58,842 nt of DNA from an uncultured Oscillospiraceae bacterium. Its GTDB lineage: Bacteria > Bacillota > Clostridia > Oscillospirales > Oscillospiraceae. Position numbers and translations under genes: made by a program. The stretch spans positions 1-58,842 of the forward strand of contig CAAFMG010000149.1 of NCBI GenBank assembly GCA_900763965.1, given 5' to 3'. Under the pieces are notes generated by a model. It was not told the origin of the DNA. It saw nothing but the letters and a program-made list of their open reading frames with translations, and did not search any database. This document shows positions 39,637-48,170 of this stretch, in pieces. The stretch's first letter is position 1, and each line of letters starts with the position of its first letter.

Positions 39637-40806
39637 TTATCGGACGGATTTGGCATACTCCGTGGGGGTGATGCCAAATTTCTCCTTAAACTGCCGGGAG
39701 AAGTGGTGAACGGTGGAGTATTGCAGCTCGGCGGCAATCTCCGTGAAGTTCAGATTGTTTTCCCGGATCATCTGCTTGCTCTCCTGGAGCTTGGTGCGGC
39801 GGATGTACTCACCGGGGGAGATCTGCAAATTCTTGTGGAACAGAGCCGTCAGATAGCTGGGGCTCACATCCACATGGCGGGCCACCAGAGGCACCGACAG
39901 CTTCTCCCGAATGTGGGTGCTGACATACTGCTGGGCCTGGCGGATGATCTCATTTTCACTGTGCACAGCGTTGGAGGTTTGCAGCTTTCCGGCTCTGGGC
40001 TGCTGATCCTCCCGCAGCAGCAGCAACAGCAGCAGCTCCAGACGGGCCAGGATCACATTGCCGGAGAAGGCATCCATCCGCTCCTGCTCCTGGAGCATCT
40101 GCTGCAGCAGGGTTACGGTATCCTGAGGAGCGGTGATTTTGCGGTTGAGCAGGGGAGATAGATCTCCCAGACTTAAATCAAAGGTGATGGTCACAAACCG
40201 GGGGGCAACACCGATGTCGGCATACTGCATGTGCCACTGATTGGGGCCGTAGATCACCAGATCTCCCTGCCGCAGCAGGATATCCTGACCTTCCACCACA
40301 GAGTGCACCACGCCCTGATCCACATAGGTCAGCTCCAGAATGGGGTGGGACTCACCGGAGAACAGGAAGCCCTGTTCCTTTTCCTGATAGAAGAAGGTGT
40401 GGATCCCTTCCACCCGGAGCTTGCGGTCCATAGAAGGCTGGTGATCGGACTGGAACCGGGCAGAAGGGATCGGCCCAACCAGCTCCGGCTCCTCGGTGGT
40501 GTAGAACCGTACCTCTGCACTGCCGGAGAAGGGCGTCATGGCAAAGTAGATCCCATCCCGGAGGGAAACATATTTATCCAGGCAGAAGTGCCAGAAGGTT
40601 TCCCCATCGGTGCTGACAGACAGTACGATCATGGCGGTGCCGCAGCTGATCAGGGTGGGGGCCTTGGCACGGTAGACCACGGCGCTTCCGCTGTCCAGCT
40701 TCAGTAAGGTGCCGGCATCTTTTTCGATATGCTTGCTATTTTGGGGCCGCTCCGACAGCACGGCGCCAAAATCCCGGAAAGTGATGGCGTTCAAATTACG
40801 GATCAT
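39637..40806 (-). CDS. AraC family regulator with cupin sensor and extra N-terminal domain
   Basis: C-terminal AraC HTH (HFSRQFKEKFGITPTEY); cupin GESHPILELTYVDQG..PNQWH. Confidence 0.92.
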   Translation of the reverse strand: MIRNLNAITFRDFGAVLSERPQNSKHIEKDAGTLLKLDSGSAVVYRAKAPTLISCGTAMIVLSVSTDGETFWHFCLDKYVSLRDGIYFAMTPFSGSAEVRFYTTEEPELVGPIPSARFQSDHQPSMDRKLRVEGIHTFFYQEKEQGFLFSGESHPILELTYVDQGVVHSVVEGQDILLRQGDLVIYGPNQWHMQYADIGVAPRFVTITFDLSLGDLSPLLNRKITAPQDTVTLLQQMLQEQERMDAFSGNVILARLELLLLLLLREDQQPRAGKLQTSNAVHSENEIIRQAQQYVSTHIREKLSVPLVARHVDVSPSYLTALFHKNLQISPGEYIRRTKLQESKQMIRENNLNFTEIAAELQYSTVHHFSRQFKEKFGITPTEYAKSVR

Positions 40807-41000
40807 TGGATTCCCTCCCCGAAAAAATAACAGGATCAAATATCTTGACCCTGTTATTATAGCTGATAAAGTCGAAAATGGCAAATGTTTTATTGACTTT
40901 TACATATTAAATTTTTCTTGCGGAGACAGAAGGGACTGTCCATGAGTTTGTCAAATCATTTGCATGGCTTTATTGGGGAAATCCCGGCGGGGCGGGGGAT

Positions 41001-42275
41001 TCACCGCTGGTATTCAAACTCGAAATCGTACAGATCCACAGTGTCGCCGTCCTGAATACCCATTTCCTCCAGCCGGGCAAACAGTCCGCACTTTCTCAGC
41101 TGGTGGTCAAAGTGGTTTCGGGATTCGTAGTCATCAAAGTTGATGTTCTGCACCAGGCGCTCCAGCCAGGCGCCGGTGATAAGCCAGGTGTTGCCATAGT
41201 GCTCGATCTGGAATTGGCTGGGATCGGTGGGTTCTTCAATGACCTCCACATACTCCGGCTCGTAGATGGTCACCGGGGGCAGGGTGCGCAGCTTTTCGGC
41301 AATGACCCGCACCAGATTCCGGGTGCCCTGGGCGGTACCGGCAGAGATCTCATACAGCTCACAGCCGGCCTCAGCAGCGGCGGTGCGCAGGCGCTCCAGA
41401 TTGTCGGAGTCGGGATCCATGATATCGGTCTTGTTGGCGGCCACGATCATGGGGCGGTTGGACAGGTCCACGCTGTAGTTGGCCAGTTCCTCACAGATGG
41501 CGGCAAAGTCCTCCACAGGATCTCTGCCCTCGCTGCCGGAAACATCCACCACATGCACCAGCAGACGGCAGCGGTCGATATGCCGCAGGAAGTCGTGGCC
41601 CAGACCGGCACCCTCGGCGGCACCTTCAATGATGCCGGGGATATCTGCCATGACGAAGGACACGCCTTCTTCCACATAAATCACGCCCAGGTTGGGGAAC
41701 AGGGTGGTGAAGTGATAGTTGGCAATCTTTGGCCGGGCGTTGGAGGTGACACTGAGCAGGGTGGACTTGCCCACGTTGGGGAAGCCGACCAGACCTACGT
41801 CCGCCAGCAGCTTCAGCTCCAGGATCACGTCCCGCTCCTGTCCCTTCAGACCGGCCTTGGCAAACCGGGGGACCTGCCGGGTGGGGGTGGCGTAGTGGGC
41901 ATTGCCCCAGCCGCCCCGACCGCCCTTGGCGATGATGAAATCCTCGCCGGTGGACATATCCACAATGATCTGATTGGTCTCGGCATCCCGGACAACAGTG
42001 CCTCTGGGAACCTCGATGATCAGGGGCTCGCCACGCTTGCCGCTCATGTTCCGGCCTGCGCCGTTGGTGCCGCACTGGGCGGCATACTTGCGCTTATAGC
42101 GGAAATCCAGCAGGGTAGACAGATTGTCGTTGACCCGCAGGATCACGCTGCCGCCGTGTCCGCCGTCGCCGCCGTCAGGGCCACCGGAAGCAACGTATTT
42201 TTCCCGGTGAAATGCCACCGCACCGTCGCCGCCCCGGCCGCCGATGACGGTGATCCGTACTTTATCTACAAACAT
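41001..42275 (-). CDS. obgE: GTPase Obg
   Basis: Gly-rich Obg fold, GFPNVGKS, DIPG, NKTD, C-terminal OCT domain. Confidence 0.98.
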   Translation of the reverse strand: MFVDKVRITVIGGRGGDGAVAFHREKYVASGGPDGGDGGHGGSVILRVNDNLSTLLDFRYKRKYAAQCGTNGAGRNMSGKRGEPLIIEVPRGTVVRDAETNQIIVDMSTGEDFIIAKGGRGGWGNAHYATPTRQVPRFAKAGLKGQERDVILELKLLADVGLVGFPNVGKSTLLSVTSNARPKIANYHFTTLFPNLGVIYVEEGVSFVMADIPGIIEGAAEGAGLGHDFLRHIDRCRLLVHVVDVSGSEGRDPVEDFAAICEELANYSVDLSNRPMIVAANKTDIMDPDSDNLERLRTAAAEAGCELYEISAGTAQGTRNLVRVIAEKLRTLPPVTIYEPEYVEVIEEPTDPSQFQIEHYGNTWLITGAWLERLVQNINFDDYESRNHFDHQLRKCGLFARLEEMGIQDGDTVDLYDFEFEYQR

Positions 42276-42430
42276 TTCGGAATCCTCCTTTTGATCTGGG
42301 TGGGAATTTTGAGAGGCTGCCAGCCAACGGGGCAGGCAGGTTTCGGAAATTCCCTTAGGTGTATACGGTCATAAAGAAATTCCGAATCAGAACTCCCTTA
42401 TCACAGTACACAATTGAGCATATACTATGA

Positions 42431-42466
42431 AAAAAGGACTGCCGCAATAGAAGTGCAGCAGTCCTT
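42431..42466 (-). terminator. Terminator after rpmA
   Basis: AAGGACTGCcGCA..TGCaGCAGTCCTT with A-run on the + strand. Confidence 0.7.
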
Positions 42467-42482
42467 CAGGGTTTATACGCAA

Positions 42483-42764
42483 TTACTGCTCAGCGTAAAC
42501 GGAGCACTGACGGCGATCCTTACCCTTGCGCTCAAACTTGACGGTACCGTCAACCAGGGCAAACAGGGTATCATCCTTGCCGATACCAACGTTGATACCG
42601 GGATGGATGTGGGTGCCTCTCTGGCGAACCAGAATGTTGCCGGCCAGAACGAACTGACCGTCTGCACGCTTGACACCCAGGCGCTTGGACTCAGAGTCAC
42701 GGCCGTTCTTGGTGGAACCGCCGCCCTTATGGTGAGCGAAGAACTGAATACCAATCTTCAGCAT
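42483..42764 (-). CDS. rpmA: 50S ribosomal protein L27 (with Prp-cleaved N-extension)
   Basis: [32 protein letters not shown]. Confidence 0.98.
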   Translation of the reverse strand: MLKIGIQFFAHHKGGGSTKNGRDSESKRLGVKRADGQFVLAGNILVRQRGTHIHPGINVGIGKDDTLFALVDGTVKFERKGKDRRQCSVYAEQ

Positions 42765-42768
42765 GGTG

Positions 42769-43092
42769 TTACACCTCCAAAACTTCGATATAATCAGGAT
42801 AGTCGTCCCGCATATTGCACAGAGTGAGCATCATACCGGCGAGAACCGCCTGCACAGCATCCTCCTCATCGCAGGATACGGGGAGGGTCAGGGTGATACG
42901 AGCCTGCTCGTCCTTGACCCGAACCTTGGCCTTTGCGCCCAGCACATCATTGATGGTTGCCTCGGCCATGGAAACAACAGCGGAAATAGCAGCACAGACA
43001 ATATCAGCACCACTTTCGGCATAACCGCTGTGACCGGAGACGGAGAATCCTGTAATTCTGTCGTCCTCGGTAAAAAATTCGCATTTTGTCAT
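42769..43092 (-). CDS. prp: Ribosomal-processing cysteine protease Prp
   Basis: [16 protein letters not shown]; lies between rplU and rpmA. Confidence 0.95.
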   Translation of the reverse strand: MTKCEFFTEDDRITGFSVSGHSGYAESGADIVCAAISAVVSMAEATINDVLGAKAKVRVKDEQARITLTLPVSCDEEDAVQAVLAGMMLTLCNMRDDYPDYIEVLEV

Positions 43093-43098
43093 AGGAAA

Positions 43099-43410
43099 TT
43101 ACAGTGCGATCTTGGTGATTTCCACCTTGGTGTAAGGCTGGCGATGACCGATCTTCTTCTTCTCGTTCTTCTTTGCCTTGTACTTGAAGACGTCGATCTT
43201 CTTAGCCTTGCCGTTCTTGACGACCTTAGCCTCGACAGCTGCGCCGTCAACCACGGGAGCACCGATCTTGGTGTTCTCGCCGTCCAGGATGGCCAGAACC
43301 TGCTCGAACTTCACGGTAGCCTCAGCCTCAGCACCCAGCTTCTCAACGTACAGGACGTCGCCCTCAGCCACGGTGTACTGCTTGCCACCGGTCACGATAA
43401 CTGCTTTCAT
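43099..43410 (-). CDS. rplU: 50S ribosomal protein L21
   Basis: [17 protein letters not shown]. Confidence 0.98.
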   Translation of the reverse strand: MKAVIVTGGKQYTVAEGDVLYVEKLGAEAEATVKFEQVLAILDGENTKIGAPVVDGAAVEAKVVKNGKAKKIDVFKYKAKKNEKKKIGHRQPYTKVEITKIAL

Positions 43411-43414
43411 TCTC

Positions 43415-43496
43415 ATTTCACCTACTTTATATTGTGTAGTCTCGCTCTGAGGGCGTGGTGTTTTTGAGCACCATCTGAAAGCCCCTTCGATGCGGC
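43415..43496 (-). ncRNA. Putative L21 ribosomal leader
   Basis: Structured ~85-nt 5' UTR (GGTG..CACC hairpin within GGGC..GCCC) between the TTGACA-N17-TAAAAT promoter (43503-43531) and rplU. Confidence 0.5.
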
Positions 43497-43625
43497 TGGT
43501 CTATTTTAGCATTGATACGGCAAAATGTCAAGGATTAAATGGGAAAATTTCTTGCGTTTTCTGCCTAATTTTGATATACTGACACCACATCCCAACAGCG
43601 ATTTCACCAATTCCGAGGTAATGCC

Positions 43626-44513
43626 ATGAAACGGCTTTTTCTTTTGCTGATCACCCTCCCGCTGCTGCTGTGTGGCTGCGGGGAACCCAACGCCACACAG
43701 ACGATTTTTGCCATGGATACGGTCATGGCGTTTCAGGTTTGGGGGAAGGATGCGCCCCAGGCGGTTCAGCGGATATCCCATACCATTTCCGACCTGGAAA
43801 GCTGCTATAACCGGGCGGGCCTTGCCCGGGGGGCGGCAGATCCGACGGTTTTGCAGGAGGCTTTGGATTTGTCCCGGCGCACCGGCGGGGCCTTTGATCC
43901 GCAGCTTGGCAGTGTCACCGCCCTGTGGAATTTTACTGCCGAAGATCCCAAAATCCCAACGGCAGAACAGATTCGTGATGCCTTGCAGGAAAAAACCTGG
44001 GATCTGGGCGGCGCACTAAAGGGTTATGCCGGACAGAAATGCGTGGACATATTAAAGGAAATGCAAATCGACCGGGCGATCCTGAATCTGGGGGGCAATG
44101 TGCAGACCTACGGACAGAAGAAGGACGAAACCCCTTGGCAGGTGGGGATCCAAAATCCCCAGGGCGGAGATCCCGTGGGGATCCTGGCGGTAGAGGGCAC
44201 GGCTTCTGTGGTCACCTCCGGGGATTATCAGCGTTTTTTTGAAGCAGATGGGGTGCGGTATCACCACATTCTCGACCCTAAAACCGGGTATCCCGCCCGT
44301 TCCGGACTGCGCAGTGTCACGGTGATCTGCCGGGACGGCATGCCAGCCGACTGCCTTTCCACCGCCCTGTTCGTCATGGGTCTGGAGCAGGGGAGTGCCT
44401 TCTGGCGGGACAGCCTGGATTTCGAGGCGGTTTTTCTGACAGAGGATGGGAAAATCTACGCAACACAGGGTGCCAGCCTTTCCGGCTGCGACTACGAGGT
44501 GATCCGGCGATGA
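43626..44513 (+). CDS. apbE: FAD:protein FMN transferase (ApbE) lipoprotein
   Basis: Lipobox LLCGC, FAMDT, GAFDP, DLGGALKGY, TSGDYQR, HHILDPKTG, DCLST. Confidence 0.92.
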   Translation: MKRLFLLLITLPLLLCGCGEPNATQTIFAMDTVMAFQVWGKDAPQAVQRISHTISDLESCYNRAGLARGAADPTVLQEALDLSRRTGGAFDPQLGSVTALWNFTAEDPKIPTAEQIRDALQEKTWDLGGALKGYAGQKCVDILKEMQIDRAILNLGGNVQTYGQKKDETPWQVGIQNPQGGDPVGILAVEGTASVVTSGDYQRFFEADGVRYHHILDPKTGYPARSGLRSVTVICRDGMPADCLSTALFVMGLEQGSAFWRDSLDFEAVFLTEDGKIYATQGASLSGCDYEVIRR

Positions 44514-44866
44514 AGACAAAATACTGGATCCTGTGCCTTGCGGGAATCTTTGCCCTCTGCCTGGGGCTGAGTGTTTTCCTGTTTTCCAGGGAACAGGGGA
44601 ACTATGCGGAAATTTTCAGCGATGGGAAACGGGTAGCACGGGTGGATCTGAGACAGGATCAGGTGCTGCGGGTGGAAACTGTCCAAGGCGGCTGCAACGA
44701 GATTACCATCACCGGCGGCAAGATCGGAGTCACCGCTGCCAGCTGCCCGGATCACATCTGTATGCACCGGGGCATGTGCAGCCACGGCGCACAAATCGTC
44801 TGCCTGCCCAACCGCCTGGTGATCCGCTTTTCACCCTCCAAAGAGCTGGATACCGCCGCCGGATAA
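44510..44866 (+). CDS. NusG domain II-containing membrane-anchored protein (DUF1312)
   Basis: N-terminal TM; ASCPDHIC...IVCLPNRLVI. Confidence 0.88.
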   Translation: MKTKYWILCLAGIFALCLGLSVFLFSREQGNYAEIFSDGKRVARVDLRQDQVLRVETVQGGCNEITITGGKIGVTAASCPDHICMHRGMCSHGAQIVCLPNRLVIRFSPSKELDTAAG

Positions 44867-44883
44867 AATTTTGAAAAAAGTGC

Positions 44884-44912
44884 TTGACAAGACCGCATCT
44901 ACAGTGTATACT
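44884..44912 (+). promoter_or_regulatory. tRNA promoter
   Basis: TTGACA-N17-TATACT. Confidence 0.75.
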
Positions 44913-44935
44913 AACCCAGTGTTCAGCGCACCAAT

Positions 44936-45012
44936 GGACGATTAGCTCAGCTGGCTAGAGCATCCGCTTGACGTGCGGAAGGTCATAGGTTCGAGTCCTA
45001 TATCGTCCACCA
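44936..45012 (+). tRNA. tRNA-Val (GAC)
   Basis: Cloverleaf; anticodon arm TCCGC-TTGACGT-GCGGA; GGTTCGAGTCC; encoded CCA. Confidence 0.97.
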
Positions 45013-45049
45013 AAAATACAGCACCACCTTTTGGTGGTGCTGTATTTTT
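45012..45049 (+). terminator. tRNA-Val terminator
   Basis: AAAAATACAGCACCACC-ttt-TGGTGGTGCTGTATTTTT. Confidence 0.85.
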
Positions 45050-45052
45050 ATG

Positions 45053-45311
45053 GATATAGGACTCGAACCCATTTAAATGCAATATGCCAGCGGCATATTG
45101 CGGCCACCAGTTCAAAAACTGGTGGCAACCATACGATTTGCCCCGGGGGCAAATCGGCCATCGAGTCCTATATCGTCCACCCAAACACAGCATCTCTCCC
45201 GGCGGGGCTGTGCTTCTTCTATCACAGAACCCGCCCCCATCGAAACACCCCATGCCAGTGGCATATGGCAGCCTCGGCCATCGAGTCCTATATCGTCCGT
45301 CCATCGTCCAC
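45053..45311. repeat. tRNA-Val-derived repeats enclosing REP-like hairpins
   Basis: Inverted copy of tRNA 44988-45004 at 45053-45069; direct copies of the tRNA 3' end at 45161-45181, 45281-45298 and 45303-45311; three hairpins at 45079-45156. Confidence 0.85.
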
Positions 45312-45321
45312 TATACATGAG

Positions 45322-45364
45322 AAATCCGAACCCATTCCCCGCAGGGGAGAGGTTCGGATTTTTG
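45322..45364 (+). terminator. Terminator-like hairpin
   Basis: AAATCCGAACC..TCCCC-gca-GGGGA..GGTTCGGATTT plus T-run. Confidence 0.65.
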
Positions 45365-45397
45365 CTTTTTATTACAGGTTTAATCTTATGGATGTCT

Positions 45398-45436
45398 GCA
45401 CCGGCAGCCTCACTTCAAAAGTAAGGCTGCCAGTGC
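45398..45436. terminator. Hairpin downstream of the LacI gene
   Basis: GCACcGGCAGCCTcACTT-caa-AAGTaAGGCTGCCaGTGC. Confidence 0.5.
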
Positions 45437-45455
45437 TTTATAATATAATAAATAC

Positions 45456-46436
45456 TTATGCCTTTGTTGTGCCGCCCCAGGCGTATTGCACCGGCAGGGA
45501 GACGTTGGCGGGGGCGTTATCTCCGTGCAGAAGCAGGTGGACGGCGGTTTCGGCCATGTCTGCGACGGGCTGCACGATGGTGGAGCAGACGTACCGCCCG
45601 GTGGCAAAATCAAGGATGCCGTCATAGCCGATGACCTGCACATCTTCCGGGATCCGGATCCCCCGGCTGCCCAAAAATTCGCAGATCCGGACAGCCAGGC
45701 CGTCGGAGTTGCAGAAGATGCCGTCAAATTCCAGTTTTCCCTCCCGGATGTGATCGTCCAGGAATTGATAGAAGGGGGCTGCGGTGTCCTCGTCCCGGAG
45801 AAGCAGGCTTTGGTAGGGGATCTGTGCCTGACGGCAGGCGCTTTCAAAGCCGGGGCCCCGCTTATCCGCCTCGCCGTGAATATCCGGGCCGATGCGGAAA
45901 AACAGGAGATTCCGGCACCCAAGCTCCATCAGCTTCCGGGCCGCCAGTTCGCCTCCCAGGTAGTTGTCTGAGGATACGCAGGGAATGGCGGCGGAAAAAT
46001 GCCGGTCGATGGTCACAACGGGCACGGACTCGTCCACCTCCAGATCGGGGCTGTAGGACAGGGCAATGATGCCGTCGATCTTGTTCTGCTGGGCCAGCTG
46101 GAAGCAGTTCTTTTCTGCCACGGAATCATAGTTTGTGGTCATCAGCAGGCTGCGGTAGCCATTGCGGAGCAGGCAGCTGGTGAGCTCGTCGGTGAGGGCG
46201 GCGAAAAAGGGATGCCGCAGGGAGGGCATTACCAGCGCCACACAGTAGGTTTTGTTGGTTTTCAGCCCCCGGGCGTAGTTATTTACCTGGTAGCCCAGCT
46301 TTTTGGCGGCGGCCTCCACCTTTTTGCGATACTGCTCGCCTACGGGCAGGTCATTCATGACCTTGGATACGGTGCCCAGCGCCACACCGGCCTCCCGGGC
46401 TACGTCTTTCATAGTTGGTGCATTTCCTGATGCCAT
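45456..46436 (-). CDS. LacI family transcriptional regulator
   Basis: PTMKDVAREAGVALGTVSKVMN; VSSDNYLGG; PEDVQVIGYD. Confidence 0.96.
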   Translation of the reverse strand: MASGNAPTMKDVAREAGVALGTVSKVMNDLPVGEQYRKKVEAAAKKLGYQVNNYARGLKTNKTYCVALVMPSLRHPFFAALTDELTSCLLRNGYRSLLMTTNYDSVAEKNCFQLAQQNKIDGIIALSYSPDLEVDESVPVVTIDRHFSAAIPCVSSDNYLGGELAARKLMELGCRNLLFFRIGPDIHGEADKRGPGFESACRQAQIPYQSLLLRDEDTAAPFYQFLDDHIREGKLEFDGIFCNSDGLAVRICEFLGSRGIRIPEDVQVIGYDGILDFATGRYVCSTIVQPVADMAETAVHLLLHGDNAPANVSLPVQYAWGGTTKA

Positions 46437-46452
46437 GGTATTCCCTCTTTGA

Positions 46453-46740
46453 TGAAACGTTATTTTGTGATTATTATACCACAAAAGTAGAAAAAGGGAA
46501 GTCCCAATGTTCCGCAAGGAGGCAGGTGCCAAGCTTTTTCGTGATTATGCTGTAATTTGACAGGCCAAATTATGCGCTACTGCCAAAGTTCCGCCGGAGG
46601 GCAAATTGGTGGTTGACACCGGGCCAATCCCATGATATATATAAGTTAGATGTAACGTTTCACGATATAAAAAACACGGAAACACAGGATAAAACAGCTG
46701 GTATTTCCTTTGCTTGTCATCATGCACATGAAACGTTATT
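46453..46740. promoter_or_regulatory. Divergent control region with three LacI-type operators and a SigA promoter
   Basis: TGAAACGTTAT 46453-46463, TGTAACGTTTCA 46651-46662, TGAAACGTTAT 46729-46739; TTGACA (46613)-N17-TATATA. Confidence 0.7.
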
Positions 46741-46777
46741 CGGAATTGTACAAACCACACAAGAAAGGAAACAAGAC

Positions 46778-48046
46778 ATGAAAAGAAGATTATTTGCACT
46801 GGTTTTGACCCTGGCATTGATTCTGACTCTGACCGCCTGCGGCGGCGGCAGCGATGCCAAAAGCGACAAGGTATCCATCACCATCTTCAACTCCAAAATG
46901 GAGATTCAGAGTCAGCTGGAAGAGGCCGCTGCCAAGTACGCCGAGGAAAAGGGTGTGGGCATTGAAGTCTACTACAGCAACGACACGGTCTCCGCGCACC
47001 TGTCCACCCGCTACGCTTCCAATGAGCCCTACACCCTGTCCATGGTAGACCCCAAAGACATCTACTCTCTGGCTGCCGAGCACGCTGTGGATCTGAGCGG
47101 CGAGGACTGGGTCAAGGACACCACCCAGGCCATCTCCATTGACGGTAAGGTTTACGGTTTCCCCATGTGTGTGGAAGCCCGGGGCATCATCTACAACGCC
47201 GATGCCATTGAGAAGGCCACCGGAAAGCCCTTTGACCCCAGCACCATCAAGACCACCGAGGATCTGAAAAACCTGATGGATGCCCTGGTTGCCGGCGGTA
47301 TGGCCGCACCCACCGGCATTATGAAGGAAGACTGGTCTCTGGGCGCACACTTCCTGGCGGAGATCTATGAGCAGCATGATGATCCCGATGCCTACATTGC
47401 CGGTATTCAGAACGGTTCCATCGACCTGGCTGCCGATCCCAAGTTCAATGAAATGATGGACACCTTCGATGTGCTGAAGGCCTACAACTACGCCAAGGAT
47501 GCCGCCATCTCTGCTGAGCGTGAGGTTTCTGAGCAGAAGCTGGCTGAGGGCGAGATCGCCATGATGTTCGGCGGCAACTGGGACTGGACCATGATCAACG
47601 CCTTTGATTACACCGAGAACATGGGCATGATGCCTGTTCCCAACGACTCCGGCGACGGCACCAACGAAAAGCTGGTGGGCGGCGGCTCCAAGTACTTCTT
47701 CATTGACTCCTCCGATAACACCTCCGATGCCCAGCGTCAGGCCGCCAAGGATTTCCTGAACTGGCTGGTTTACGACGAGGCCGGACAGTCTCTCGTCGTC
47801 AATGACTGCGCACTGGTTCCTGCCTACTCCAACATTGAACTGCCGGTGAGCAACCCCCTGGGTGCTTCCGTCAAAAAGTACACCGATGCCGGTATGCTGG
47901 TGGACAACTACAACTACCTGCCCGATGACCATTTCGCCGTCTGCGGCGCTGCCTTCCAGAAGTATCTGGCCGGTCAGATCGACCGCGCAGGCTTTGCACA
48001 GGAGCTGACGAGCTACTGGGCAACGGCTCAGGTGGGCGCACACTAA
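46778..48046 (+). CDS. Carbohydrate ABC transporter substrate-binding lipoprotein (MsmE-like)
   Basis: Lipobox LTACGG; DGKVYGFP..EARGIIYN; GEIAMMFGGNW. Confidence 0.93.
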   Translation: MKRRLFALVLTLALILTLTACGGGSDAKSDKVSITIFNSKMEIQSQLEEAAAKYAEEKGVGIEVYYSNDTVSAHLSTRYASNEPYTLSMVDPKDIYSLAAEHAVDLSGEDWVKDTTQAISIDGKVYGFPMCVEARGIIYNADAIEKATGKPFDPSTIKTTEDLKNLMDALVAGGMAAPTGIMKEDWSLGAHFLAEIYEQHDDPDAYIAGIQNGSIDLAADPKFNEMMDTFDVLKAYNYAKDAAISAEREVSEQKLAEGEIAMMFGGNWDWTMINAFDYTENMGMMPVPNDSGDGTNEKLVGGGSKYFFIDSSDNTSDAQRQAAKDFLNWLVYDEAGQSLVVNDCALVPAYSNIELPVSNPLGASVKKYTDAGMLVDNYNYLPDDHFAVCGAAFQKYLAGQIDRAGFAQELTSYWATAQVGAH

Positions 48047-48170
48047 AAACAGGTTCCTCTCTAAGTAGGGTGTCTGGGGCAGCATCGGCTGCTCCGGCCC
48101 CAATAAAACCAGCCCTGCGCCGCCGGAGGCTGGCATACCAAAACAGGCGGCAGAATGGAAACGATGTATT

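Noticed and set aside
42343..42386. Imperfect inverted repeat TTCGGAAATTCCCTT..AAGAAATTCCGAA upstream of obgE
   Set aside because: Short, single occurrence in the window; no function can be supported.
45053..45311. CRISPR-like array
   Set aside because: The repeats are tRNA 3'-end copies with irregular, structured spacers of ~100 bp or more, and there are no cas genes in the window.
45031..45627. Short ORFs over the tRNA-Val repeat region
   Set aside because: Translations of palindromes and tRNA copies (repeated IESYIV); no RBS and no transposase motifs.
48047..48170. Hairpins between the SBP and permease genes as an ncRNA
   Set aside because: Typical mRNA-stabilising or attenuating structure after SBP genes in ABC operons.
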